Shown piece by piece: positions 18,442 through 26,337 of a DNA stretch of 26,337 bases. The stretch's first letter is position 1; the number at the start of each line of letters is the position of its first letter. Under the pieces are notes generated by a model. It saw only the letters and a list, made by a program, of their open reading frames with translations. It was not told the DNA's origin and made no database searches. The position numbers and the translations under genes are program-made. This stretch comes from Steroidobacteraceae bacterium (GTDB lineage: Bacteria; Pseudomonadota; Gammaproteobacteria; Steroidobacterales; Steroidobacteraceae): the NCBI GenBank assembly GCA_036510475.1, contig DATCDX010000212.1:1-26337 (forward strand). The letters run 5' to 3'.

Positions 18442-19827
18442 TCATGCCTGAACACCTGCGTTGGGAGCGGTCCCGGATTTCGGTGACGCGCGAAAGTGGT
18501 GCTTTGCTTCCACCGCCCGCATCGCGAGATTACAGAAGAAACCGATCAGCAATACGCCGCACATGATGTACATCGTGATGGAGTACGCCTGCGTCTTGGG
18601 CACGCCGTGGGCGATCTGGTACTGCCGGATATAGTTCACCAACACCGGGCCGAGCACACCCGCGGCCGACCAGGCGGTCAGTAGTGCGCCATGAATGGCG
18701 CCGACGTGCATGGTGCCGAACAGGTCGCGCAGGTAAGCGGGGACGGTGGAGAAACTGCCGCCATACATGGAAATAATGATGAGGAACGCGGTGACGAATA
18801 GGCCGATCGAGCCTAGATGTCCGATCGTCGGCACCGTCGAGTACAGCAGTATGCCGAGCACGAAGAACACCATGTAAGTGTTGCGGCGGCCGATGTAGTC
18901 CGAGGCCGTGGCCCAGAAGAACCGGCCGCCCATGTTGAACAGGCTGAGCAATCCGACAAAGCCCGCGGCGGCGGCCGGCGAGACGCGGCCGTTGAAGATC
19001 TCCTGGATCATCGGTGAGGCCTGACCCAGCACGCCGATGCCGGCCGTGACATTCATGCACAGCGCAACCCACAGCAGCCAAAATTGCGGCGTGCGCCAGG
19101 CCACATCGAGCGTCACTTGGGCGTTGGTCACCAGCGGTTTCGGCTGCGCCGGCGCGACCCAACCCTTGGGCTTCCAATCCTCGGCCGGGACACGCACCGC
19201 GTAAACGCCGATCATCATGAACATGAAATAAATCACCCCCATGGTGACGAAGGTTTCGAGGATGCCGTTCGACTGTGCGGTTCTGAAATGTTCCATCAAC
19301 CAAAATGACAATGGAGCCGCGATCAGAGCGCCGCCGCCGAAGCCCATGATGGCCAAGCCGGTCGCCATGCCGGGCCGATCCGGGAACCATTTGATCAACG
19401 TCGACACCGGCGAGATATAGCCGATACCAAGCCCGCAGCCCCCCAATACGCCATAGCCCAAGTAGAGCAGCCAGATCTGGTGCAGGTGAATCCCGATCGC
19501 GGAGACCATGAAGCCCCCGCCGAAGCACACGGCGGCGGTGAACATCGATTTGCGCGGGCCGACCGTTTCCACCCAACGGCCGAACACCGCCGCGGAAATG
19601 CCGAGAATGGCAATCGCGATGGAGAAAGTCCAACCCACCTGCGCCAGTTTCCAGTCACCGGGCGCCGAGTGGTTGATACCGATCAGCTTGGTGAGCGGCA
19701 GATTGAAGGTTGAAAATGCATAGGCCTGGCCGATAGCCAGGTGCACCGACAACGCCGCGGGCGGCACCATGAAGCGGTTGAAGCCGGCCGGCGCAACGGT
19801 GTTTTTGCGATCCAAGAAGGCCAGCAT
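18442..19827 (-). CDS. OFA (oxalate/formate antiporter-like, monocarboxylate) family MFS transporter
   Basis: VHLAIGQAYAFS, GLGIGYISPVSTLIKWFPDRPGMATGLAIMGFGGGA, FWLLW, GRFFWATASDYIGR, MYGGSFSTVPAYLRDLFG and GALLTAWSAAGVLGP. ATG 19827 chosen from typical family start (FLDR...VAP) and an AGGG upstream; 19872 and 19854 are alternatives. Confidence 0.9.
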   Translation of the reverse strand: MLAFLDRKNTVAPAGFNRFMVPPAALSVHLAIGQAYAFSTFNLPLTKLIGINHSAPGDWKLAQVGWTFSIAIAILGISAAVFGRWVETVGPRKSMFTAAVCFGGGFMVSAIGIHLHQIWLLYLGYGVLGGCGLGIGYISPVSTLIKWFPDRPGMATGLAIMGFGGGALIAAPLSFWLMEHFRTAQSNGILETFVTMGVIYFMFMMIGVYAVRVPAEDWKPKGWVAPAQPKPLVTNAQVTLDVAWRTPQFWLLWVALCMNVTAGIGVLGQASPMIQEIFNGRVSPAAAAGFVGLLSLFNMGGRFFWATASDYIGRRNTYMVFFVLGILLYSTVPTIGHLGSIGLFVTAFLIIISMYGGSFSTVPAYLRDLFGTMHVGAIHGALLTAWSAAGVLGPVLVNYIRQYQIAHGVPKTQAYSITMYIMCGVLLIGFFCNLAMRAVEAKHHFRASPKSGTAPNAGVQA

Positions 19828-19870
19828 GTTGAGTAGCCCTATCCCTTTATTCATTGTCGGGGCAGCACTC

Positions 19871-19900
19871 AATATGCGCCAGAGCCGGCGGCCTTGTCAC
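19871..19900 (-). promoter_or_regulatory. Weak candidate sigma70 promoter for the OFA transporter
   Basis: Minus strand GTGACA (19900-19895), 18 nt, CATATT (19876-19871). Confidence 0.25.
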
Positions 19901-19969
19901 TACGGGAATATTCGATGACCGATGCCGATCACAGCATAGGTACTTGAAATGTATAGAGATAGTAAGAGA

Positions 19970-20054
19970 TGGTGCCCAGGAGAGGACTCGAACCTCCACG
20001 AATTGCTCCACTGGTACCTGAAACCAGCGCGTCTACCAGTTCCGCCACCTGGGC
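19970..20054 (-). tRNA. tRNA-Leu(CAG), 85 nt, CCA encoded
   Basis: GCCCAGGTGGCGGAACTGGTAGACGCGCTGGTTTCAGGTACCAGTGGAGCAATTCGTGGAGGTTCGAGTCCTCTCCTGGGCACCA. Acceptor stem GCCCAGG/CCTGGGC, anticodon arm CTGGT-TTCAGGT-ACCAG, long variable arm, T-loop GTTCGAG. Confidence 0.98.
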
Positions 20055-20085
20055 AAGATGGGTCCGCCGTGCGCGAAGGCGCAGG

Positions 20086-20114
20086 AATGTACGCATTGAC
20101 TTGCGGCTTGTCAA
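20086..20114 (-). promoter_or_regulatory. Near-consensus sigma70 promoter of tRNA-Leu with GC-rich discriminator
   Basis: TTGACA (20114-20109), 17 nt, TACATT (20091-20086), followed by CCTGCGC, as in stable-RNA promoters. Confidence 0.8.
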
Positions 20115-20200
20115 TGAGGCGCAGCGAGGTGTAGACGGCCCGGGCTCGGAGGCCGTAATTTTCGCTGGGAGTTTTGCCGTAACCCGGCCGCACCTAAAGC

Positions 20201-20209
20201 TGATAACCT
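20201..20209 (+). promoter_or_regulatory. Candidate extended -10 (TGaTAACCT) for rnr
   Basis: TG-N-TAACCT about 80 nt upstream of the rnr ATG. No matching -35. Confidence 0.3.
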
Positions 20210-20288
20210 GCTGACCCACAGCAATCGGCCCTCTCACCACGCGGGCGCCGAGATTTGCGCACCCACCGAAGGATTCCGACAACACCCT

Positions 20289-22682
20289 ATGACACGACGA
20301 GGACCCACGGGCTCGCGACGGCCCCATTCGAGCCGGAGCACTACTCCAAGTGCAGACTGGCGCGGCGAGGACCCCAATTTAGAGCTCGAGAAGTCGCGTT
20401 ACGCAGATCCCATCGCCAGCCGCGAGTTGCTGCTGAAACATCTGGCGGAAGCGCCGGAGCCGTTGACTGCCGCGCGGCTTGCCAAAAGACTGGGGATGAG
20501 CACCGGCACGCAGCGCGAAGCGCTCGCCAAACGCTTGGCGGCGATGGTACGCGACGGTCAGGCGATCGAGGGTCCGAGCGGCTTCGCGACAGCGGGCGAG
20601 GGCGAGCGCGTGGCCGGCCGGGTGCGTGGCCGCGCCAACGGTGATGTGCTGGTCATGCCGGATGACGGTTCGGCACCGTTGGTGCTGGCGCGGGCCGACA
20701 CCGCGGCACTGATGCACAACGATCGGGTCGAGGTGCTGGCGGTGGGCATGAACGAGCGCGGACGGCGCATCGCGCGCCTGATCCGTCGCATCGGTGATGC
20801 GCCGCTACGTATCGGCGGCGTCTGGCACGGGGGCGCGGGGCGCGGCCGTGTGGAACCTGAGGATCCCGGTCATTGGTATGCCGTCGACGTGGCGATGCGG
20901 GATCGGCGTGGGGCCGATGAGGGCGACAACGTCATCGTCGAAGTGATCAAGCGCCGCCAGGGTGAAACCGCGGCGCAGGGCCGCATCGTCGAGGTGCTAG
21001 AGGATCTGCGGCCTGCGGATTTGGCGGCTCGCTTCGCAATTTTGAGACACGATCTGCCGCAAGAATTTCCCCCGGAGATCATTCACGCCGCGAACCGTTT
21101 TGCACCTGAGGTGCAGGCGGCGGACCGCAGCGGCCGCGAGGATTTACGCGAGCTGCCGTTGGTGACCATCGACGGCGAGGATGCCAAGGATTTCGACGAC
21201 GCCGTGTACGCCGAGCCTGTGCGTGGCGGCGGCTGGCGGCTGGTGGTCGCAATCGCCGATGTCAGCAACTACGTGCGCTACGGCAGCGAGCTCGACCTCG
21301 AAGCGCGGTCGCGCGCCACGTCGGTGTACTTCCCGGATCGCGTCATCCCGATGCTGCCGGAACATCTTTCCAATCATTTGTGTTCGTTGATGCCGAGCGT
21401 CGAACGCCTGGCGTTCGTCTGCGATATGCGCGTCAGCAAGGCCGGCAAGCTGAGCCGCAGCCGCTTCTATGAGGCGGTGATTCTCTCGCACGCGCGGCTC
21501 ACCTACGATGAGGCGTGGCGCTATCTCGAGCATCCGCAGGGCGACGCCGGCAACGGCTGGCCGCCGGCGGTACGCACGTCGCTGCAAACGCTGCACGCCG
21601 TGTATGGTGCGCTCAAGGCGGCGCGTGACGCGCGCGGCGCGCTCGACTTTCGCGGCGGCGAGGTCAAGGCGCGCATCGGCGGCAAGGGCACGATCGAGGG
21701 ATTCTATGCCGTGACGCGCAACGACGCGCATCGCCTGATCGAGGAGTGCATGGTCGCCGCCAATATCGAAGCGGCGGTCGCTCTGCGGCTCGCGAAGGTG
21801 GGCAGCCTGTACCGGGTGCACGGCCAGCCCGAAGACAAGCGAGTGACTGAACTGCAGCAAGTGCTGAATGCGCTGCAGGTCGGCGCAGTGTTCTCGGAGA
21901 AACCGACTCCCCGTGAGTTTCGCCAATTGGTCGAGCGTCTGGCCGGAAGACCGGACGGGCTGTTGCTCGAGGGACTGGTGATTCGTTCGCTGGCGCAGGC
22001 GGTCTACCAGCAAACGAATATCGGTCATTTCGGCCTCGCGCTGGAGGAGTACGCGCACTTCACCTCACCGATACGCCGCTATCCCGATCTGCTGGTGCAC
22101 CGGGCCATCAAAGCGGCGACGTCGCCGAATTCGCCGTCCGGACATCGATACTCCACTGCGGAACTGCAAACGCTCGGCGCCGAGAGTTCGCAACGCGAGC
22201 GGCGCGCCGATGAAGCGTCGCGCGATGTCATGGGCTACCTCAAGTGTTTGTACCTGCAACCGCGCGTCGGAGAGACATTCGATGCGACGATTACCAGTGC
22301 GCTGGAGTTCGGTTTATTCGTGCAGTTAAAGGAAGTACCCATCGACGGCTTGGTGCATATTTCCGCCATTCCGGGCGACTATTGGGAACTCGAAGACGGC
22401 GGCTTAGGGCTGGTGGGCCAGCGCACCGGCAGGCGCTGGCAGATGGGCGACGCGGTCAGGGTGCGATTGAGCAGAGTCGATCTCACGCAGCGCCAGATCG
22501 ATTTCGAGTTGCTTGACGCTGAAGGCGCCGTAAGTCACGGCACAGTGCGCGCGCCGCGGCGGGGTGCGGGCGGCGAGAATCGCGCGCGCCGAAATCCTAA
22601 CGGCGGAGCGCGAGGCGGCACGGCGCCGAATCGCGGCGGCCGTGGCGGCGGTCAACGCGGCGGACGCGGCGGGCGTGGCTGA
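20289..22682 (+). CDS. rnr: Ribonuclease R
   Basis: N-terminal YADPIASRE HTH region, catalytic LVTIDGEDAKDFDDAV, TSVYFPDRVIPMLP, AHRLIEECMVAAN, GHFGLA, YAHFTSPIRRYPDLLVHR, S1 domain FGLFVQL...DGLVHIS and basic tail. Lies upstream of rlmB. Confidence 0.95.
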   Translation: MTRRGPTGSRRPHSSRSTTPSADWRGEDPNLELEKSRYADPIASRELLLKHLAEAPEPLTAARLAKRLGMSTGTQREALAKRLAAMVRDGQAIEGPSGFATAGEGERVAGRVRGRANGDVLVMPDDGSAPLVLARADTAALMHNDRVEVLAVGMNERGRRIARLIRRIGDAPLRIGGVWHGGAGRGRVEPEDPGHWYAVDVAMRDRRGADEGDNVIVEVIKRRQGETAAQGRIVEVLEDLRPADLAARFAILRHDLPQEFPPEIIHAANRFAPEVQAADRSGREDLRELPLVTIDGEDAKDFDDAVYAEPVRGGGWRLVVAIADVSNYVRYGSELDLEARSRATSVYFPDRVIPMLPEHLSNHLCSLMPSVERLAFVCDMRVSKAGKLSRSRFYEAVILSHARLTYDEAWRYLEHPQGDAGNGWPPAVRTSLQTLHAVYGALKAARDARGALDFRGGEVKARIGGKGTIEGFYAVTRNDAHRLIEECMVAANIEAAVALRLAKVGSLYRVHGQPEDKRVTELQQVLNALQVGAVFSEKPTPREFRQLVERLAGRPDGLLLEGLVIRSLAQAVYQQTNIGHFGLALEEYAHFTSPIRRYPDLLVHRAIKAATSPNSPSGHRYSTAELQTLGAESSQRERRADEASRDVMGYLKCLYLQPRVGETFDATITSALEFGLFVQLKEVPIDGLVHISAIPGDYWELEDGGLGLVGQRTGRRWQMGDAVRVRLSRVDLTQRQIDFELLDAEGAVSHGTVRAPRRGAGGENRARRNPNGGARGGTAPNRGGRGGGQRGGRGGRG

Positions 22683-23424
22683 CCCCAAACGCAACTTCGT
22701 CTATGGTGTGCATGCCGTCAACGCCGTGCTTGAACGGGCACCGGAGCGTGTGCTGGAACTCATGGTGGCTGAGTCGCGCGATGACGCGCGCATCCGCGAG
22801 CTCCGAGAACGAGCGGCGAGCGTAGGCGTGCACGTCCAGATCGTGGGCGCTTCGGCACTTGCCAAGTGGGTGGGCGACGTGGCCCACCAAGGAGCGGTGG
22901 CGTCGGTTCGACCGCTCAAAGGCTGGGACGAGCACGATCTCATGCACGCGTTAAGTCAACTGGCGGAGAATCCACTCCTACTGGTTCTGGACGGAGTCAC
23001 GGACCCGCATAATTTAGGGGCTTGTCTGCGCACGGCCGATGCCGCGGGCGCGCATGCGGTGGTGATTCCGCGGGATCGGGCGGCGGCGGTGGATGGGGTG
23101 GTGCGCAAGGTCGCGGCCGGTGCGGCGGAATTCGTGCCGGTGGCGAGCGTGACCAATCTGGCGCGTGCGCTGGACTTGCTCAAGGAGCGCGGTATCTGGG
23201 TGGTGGGGACCTGCGGCGGGGCGCAGCAGACTCTGTATGCCGCGGATCTGAAGCGTCCGCTGGCGCTGGTGCTGGGCGCCGAAGGCAGCGGCATGCGGCG
23301 TCTGACCACGGAACGCTGCGATTTTCTGGTGCGCATTCCCATGGCGGGTCAGATGGAATCCCTCAATGTATCGGTGGCGGCGGGCATTGCGCTGTTCGAG
23401 GCACGGCGGCAGCGGATTAGTTGA
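22675..23424 (+). CDS. rlmB: 23S rRNA (guanosine-2251-2'-O)-methyltransferase
   Basis: VYGVHAV, HQGAVA, LDGVTDPHNLGACLRTADAAG, VTNLAR, LGAEGSGMRRLT and IPMAGQMESLNVSVAAG (SPOUT). GTG 22675 overlaps the rnr end by 8 nt. Confidence 0.95.
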   Translation: MADPKRNFVYGVHAVNAVLERAPERVLELMVAESRDDARIRELRERAASVGVHVQIVGASALAKWVGDVAHQGAVASVRPLKGWDEHDLMHALSQLAENPLLLVLDGVTDPHNLGACLRTADAAGAHAVVIPRDRAAAVDGVVRKVAAGAAEFVPVASVTNLARALDLLKERGIWVVGTCGGAQQTLYAADLKRPLALVLGAEGSGMRRLTTERCDFLVRIPMAGQMESLNVSVAAGIALFEARRQRIS

Positions 23425-23461
23425 CCGGTAGCGGTTTAATTTGTCTCCGCCGGCACGCGGG

Positions 23462-23491
23462 TTGACCTGGAGCCGCCCAAACGCGTATCCT
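23462..23491 (+). promoter_or_regulatory. sigma70 promoter of the rpsF operon
   Basis: TTGACC (23462-23467), 18 nt, TATCCT (23486-23491), then GC-rich TCGCGC discriminator. Confidence 0.65.
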
Positions 23492-23523
23492 TCGCGCTCT
23501 TTTTCGCCGGCTGACCGGCATCA

Positions 23524-23573
23524 CTCCTTGCCTCACCGCTCGCAACGGGAGGCTCACTCCGTAGGGAGCTACA
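23524..23573 (+). ncRNA. rpsF leader, S6:S18-binding autoregulatory RNA element
   Basis: CTCCTT (23524-23529) can pair with the SD region AGGGAG (23563-23568). Inner stem GCCTC/GAGGC (23530-23534/23549-23553) and CCG in TCCGTA just before the SD. Matches my recollection of the enterobacterial CCTTGCCTC...GAGGCT...TCCGTAAGGAG leader. Confidence 0.75.
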
Positions 23574-23966
23574 ATGCGGCATTATGAAATCGTGCTTCTG
23601 GTCCATCCGGATCAGAGCGAGCAAGTTCCTGCGATGGTCGATCGCTACAAAGGCATCATCAGTGCCGGTGGCGGTGCGGTGCATCGTTTCGAAGATTGGG
23701 GCCGGCGCCAGCTGACTTTCCCCATATCCAAAGTTCACAAAGCGCACTACATACTTCTGAATATCGAATGCGATCAGAAGACGCTCACCGAACTCACCGG
23801 CTCGTTTCGCTTCAGCGATGCGGTGCTGCGCAGCTTGGTGGTGAAGATGGATGAAGCGGTGACCGAGGCGTCGCCGATGGCGCGCGCGCCGGATGAAAAT
23901 GCCCGCCGCCATGATGACTTCGGCGATGACGGTGACGACGATGACGTGCCGATGGGCGCACGTTAA
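23574..23966 (+). CDS. rpsF: 30S ribosomal protein S6
   Basis: [25 protein letters not shown]...[12 protein letters not shown]...[11 protein letters not shown]...[11 protein letters not shown], acidic tail. Confidence 0.98.
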   Translation: MRHYEIVLLVHPDQSEQVPAMVDRYKGIISAGGGAVHRFEDWGRRQLTFPISKVHKAHYILLNIECDQKTLTELTGSFRFSDAVLRSLVVKMDEAVTEASPMARAPDENARRHDDFGDDGDDDDVPMGAR

Positions 23967-23999
23967 GGCGCCGAGCGCGCAGTAAAACAGGAGACCAAC

Positions 24000-24224
24000 A
24001 TGGCACGTTTTTTTCGCCGCAAGAAGTTCTGCCGATTCACGGCCGATGACGTCAAGCAGATCGATTACAAAGATTTGGTGACTCTCAAGAGCTACATTAC
24101 CGAGACCGGCAAGATCGTGCCGAGCCGCATCACGGGCACGCGCGCTCACTACCAGCGTCAATTGCAGCTGGCCATCCGGCGCGCGCGCTTTTTGGCGTTG
24201 CTGCCGTATACCGATCAGCACTAA
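24000..24224 (+). CDS. rpsR: 30S ribosomal protein S18 (non-zinc type)
   Basis: [14 protein letters not shown]...IDYKD...[15 protein letters not shown]...[26 protein letters not shown]. Confidence 0.98.
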   Translation: MARFFRRKKFCRFTADDVKQIDYKDLVTLKSYITETGKIVPSRITGTRAHYQRQLQLAIRRARFLALLPYTDQH

Positions 24225-24237
24225 CCGGCGTCAGCAC

Positions 24238-24687
24238 ATGGATATCATATTGTTGCAGAAGGTCGCGAACCTCGGTCAAATTGGCGATCGCGTCAAAGTA
24301 AAGTCGGGTTACGCGCGGAATTTCCTGGTGCCGACCGGCAGGGCCACCATGGCGACGCCGGCGAATATCGCCAAATTCGAAGAACAGCGGCATGTGCTGG
24401 AAGCCAAGGCCGGCCACGACCTTGCGGCGGCGCAGGCACGCGCGACCGCTCTCGAAAGCTTCAAGCTGACGCTGGCGGCGAAGGCGGGCGCCGAAGGCAA
24501 ACTGTTCGGCTCCATAGGCACCGCGGATATCGCCGAGGCGGCCGTCAAGGCGGGCCAGCCGATCAGCCGCGCCGAAGTGCGCATGCCGAACGGACCGATT
24601 CGCGCCACCGGCGAACATCAAGTTCAGTTGCACCTGCACACTGACGTTGATGTGAGCTTGACGGTCACGATCGTCGCCGAAGAGTAG
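24238..24687 (+). CDS. rplI: 50S ribosomal protein L9
   Basis: [44 protein letters not shown] and PIRATGEH. Confidence 0.98.
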   Translation: MDIILLQKVANLGQIGDRVKVKSGYARNFLVPTGRATMATPANIAKFEEQRHVLEAKAGHDLAAAQARATALESFKLTLAAKAGAEGKLFGSIGTADIAEAAVKAGQPISRAEVRMPNGPIRATGEHQVQLHLHTDVDVSLTVTIVAEE

Positions 24688-24719
24688 CGGCGGGCAATCG
24701 CGTCCCCTGGGGATTGCGC

Positions 24720-26111
24720 ATGGCCTCTCGCGTTAGCGATCGTTCATTGGGCGCCGGCGACGGTCTGCGCCTGCCGCCGCATTCGGTCGAAGCGGAGCAA
24801 TCCGTACTCGGTGGCTTGATGCTCGATGCCGCGGCCTGGGATCAGGTCGCGGACAGAGTCGTCTCTGAGGACTTCTACCGCCACGATCACCGCCTGATTT
24901 TCGAGGCCGTCGCCGGCTTGATCGAGCGCAGCCAGCCCTGCGATGCGGTCACGCTGTCCGGCCATCTGGACGCCCAAGGGCTGTTGGATCAGGTGGGTGG
25001 GCTCTCCTATCTGGGATCGCTGGCGCGCGACACGCCCACCGCCGCCAATATTCGCGCGTATGCGGACATCGTGCGCGAACGCTCCGTCCTGCGCCAGCTC
25101 ATTACCGCGGGTAATCTCATCGTCGGCAGCGCGCTCGAGCCGGAAGGCCGCGAGGCCCGTGAAATCGTCGATGATGCCGAACGTGCGGTGTTCGAGATCG
25201 CGGAGCGCGGTTCGCGCGGCAAGATCGGCTTCCGGACGGTAAAGAGCATTCTTCCGGACGTGGTCAACCGGATCGACGAGCTGTATCACTCCGATGGGAA
25301 AATGACCGGTGTTTCCACGGGTTTCAAGCAACTCGATGAGTACACCTCTGGATTGCAGCCGGGCGATTTGATCATCGTCGCGGGCCGCCCCTCGATGGGC
25401 AAGACTACGCTGGCGGTGAATATTGCCGAGAATGCCGCGCTGGGCTCGCATAAATCCGCGGCGATATTCAGCATGGAAATGTCGGCGGAGTCGCTGACCT
25501 TGCGCATGATCTCATCGCTTGGCCGCATCAATCAAAGCAATTTGCGCTCCGGGCGTTTGAACGAGGATGACTGGCCGCGAATCGATTCCGCGATGACGCA
25601 GCTGAGCAGCGCGAATATTTTCGTCGATGAAACGCCGGGCTTAAGTCCCACGGAAATCCGCGCGCGCGCGCGCCGCCTGAAGCGCGAGCGCGGCCTCGAT
25701 CTGATCGTGGTGGATTACCTGCAGCTCATGCAGGTGGCCGGCACCAAGGAAAACCGCGCCACCGAGATTTCCGAAATCTCACGATCCTTGAAGGCGCTGG
25801 CCAAGGAGTTGAAGGTGCCCATCATCGCGCTGTCGCAGCTGAACCGCGGCGTGGAGCAGCGCGAGAACAAGAAGCCGGTGATGTCGGATCTTCGTGAATC
25901 TGGGGCCCTGGAACAGGATGCTGACGTCATTCTTCTGATTTATCGCGAAGAATTCTACGACCCGAACACCACGCGCAAGGGCATCGCGGACATCATCATC
26001 GCCAAGCAGCGCAATGGTCCCACGGGCGATGTGCAGCTCACCTTCCTCGGCCAGTACACCAAGTTCGAGAACTACGCGCCGGAGTCGTATGCCGAGGGCG
26101 TATTCCGGTGA
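24720..26111 (+). CDS. dnaB: Replicative DNA helicase, no intein
   Basis: PPHSVEAEQSVLGGLML, DFYRHDHRLIF, IVAGRPSMGKT (Walker A), FSMEM, IVVDYLQLM, ALSQLNR, DLRESGALEQDAD and IIAKQRNGP. ATG 24720 with GGGGA SD. Confidence 0.98.
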   Translation: MASRVSDRSLGAGDGLRLPPHSVEAEQSVLGGLMLDAAAWDQVADRVVSEDFYRHDHRLIFEAVAGLIERSQPCDAVTLSGHLDAQGLLDQVGGLSYLGSLARDTPTAANIRAYADIVRERSVLRQLITAGNLIVGSALEPEGREAREIVDDAERAVFEIAERGSRGKIGFRTVKSILPDVVNRIDELYHSDGKMTGVSTGFKQLDEYTSGLQPGDLIIVAGRPSMGKTTLAVNIAENAALGSHKSAAIFSMEMSAESLTLRMISSLGRINQSNLRSGRLNEDDWPRIDSAMTQLSSANIFVDETPGLSPTEIRARARRLKRERGLDLIVVDYLQLMQVAGTKENRATEISEISRSLKALAKELKVPIIALSQLNRGVEQRENKKPVMSDLRESGALEQDADVILLIYREEFYDPNTTRKGIADIIIAKQRNGPTGDVQLTFLGQYTKFENYAPESYAEGVFR

Positions 26112-26129
26112 CGTTGCGGTGAGTGCCTC

Positions 26130-26337
26130 ATGACCCCGATGGTCAGTGCGACGGTCGATTCCGGCGCACTCCGCCATAATTTGCAGTTGGTACGGCAGTG
26201 GGCGCCGAAGTCGCGCGTCATGGCCGTCATTAAGGCCAACGCCTATGGTCACGGGCTGGTGGCCGTCGCGCGGGCTCTCGAATCCGCGGACGCGTTTGCG
26301 GTAGCGCGGGTCGATGAAGGACTGATCCTGCGTGCGG
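26130..26337 (+). CDS. alr: Alanine racemase, 3'-truncated by the window edge
   Basis: [18 protein letters not shown]...[13 protein letters not shown] (PLP-Lys motif)...[11 protein letters not shown]. Follows dnaB. Not in the ORF track because it has no stop in the window. Confidence 0.93.
   Translation, partial: MTPMVSATVDSGALRHNLQLVRQWAPKSRVMAVIKANAYGHGLVAVARALESADAFAVARVDEGLILRA

Noticed and set aside
23423-23444. Intrinsic terminator after rlmB (GACCG-GTAG-CGGTT then TAATTTGT)
   Set aside because: The stem is only 5 bp with a G-U end and the U-tract is broken; too weak to call.
24720-26111. Intein in dnaB
   Set aside because: The length (463 aa) is normal and the motifs are contiguous.

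Overview
High-GC bacterial chromosome segment with Gammaproteobacteria-type gene order, mostly conserved housekeeping genes: 'pcnB-folK-dNK > < queG | tsaE-amiB-mutL-miaA-hfq-hflX-hflK-hflC-DUF2065-purA, then a ~6.6 kb accessory block (GH3 beta-glucosidase, GluP/FucP-type sugar MFS, S53 sedolisin, opposite-strand OFA-family MFS), then tRNA-Leu(CAG), rnr-rlmB, an S6:S18-type leader, and rpsF-rpsR-rplI-dnaB-alr'. pcnB and alr are cut by the window edges. I see no integrase, transposase, CRISPR array, intein or clear pseudogene. The best anomaly is the hfq-hflX junction. The conserved HflX N-terminus has no ATG/GTG/TTG start. An in-frame 17-codon uORF overlaps the hfq stop and ends at a UGA, and a 12-bp hairpin covering the only plausible (CTG) start begins at the next base. 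Other leads are a 19-bp tandem repeat between two back-to-back, apparently leaderless promoters (queG/tsaE), a 20-bp-period duplication that creates the S53 stop codon, an RNase R with degenerate cold-shock motifs and an RGG tail, and a palindrome on the tRNA promoter. All calls come from reading the sequence and recalling family motifs; no searches or folding programs were run.
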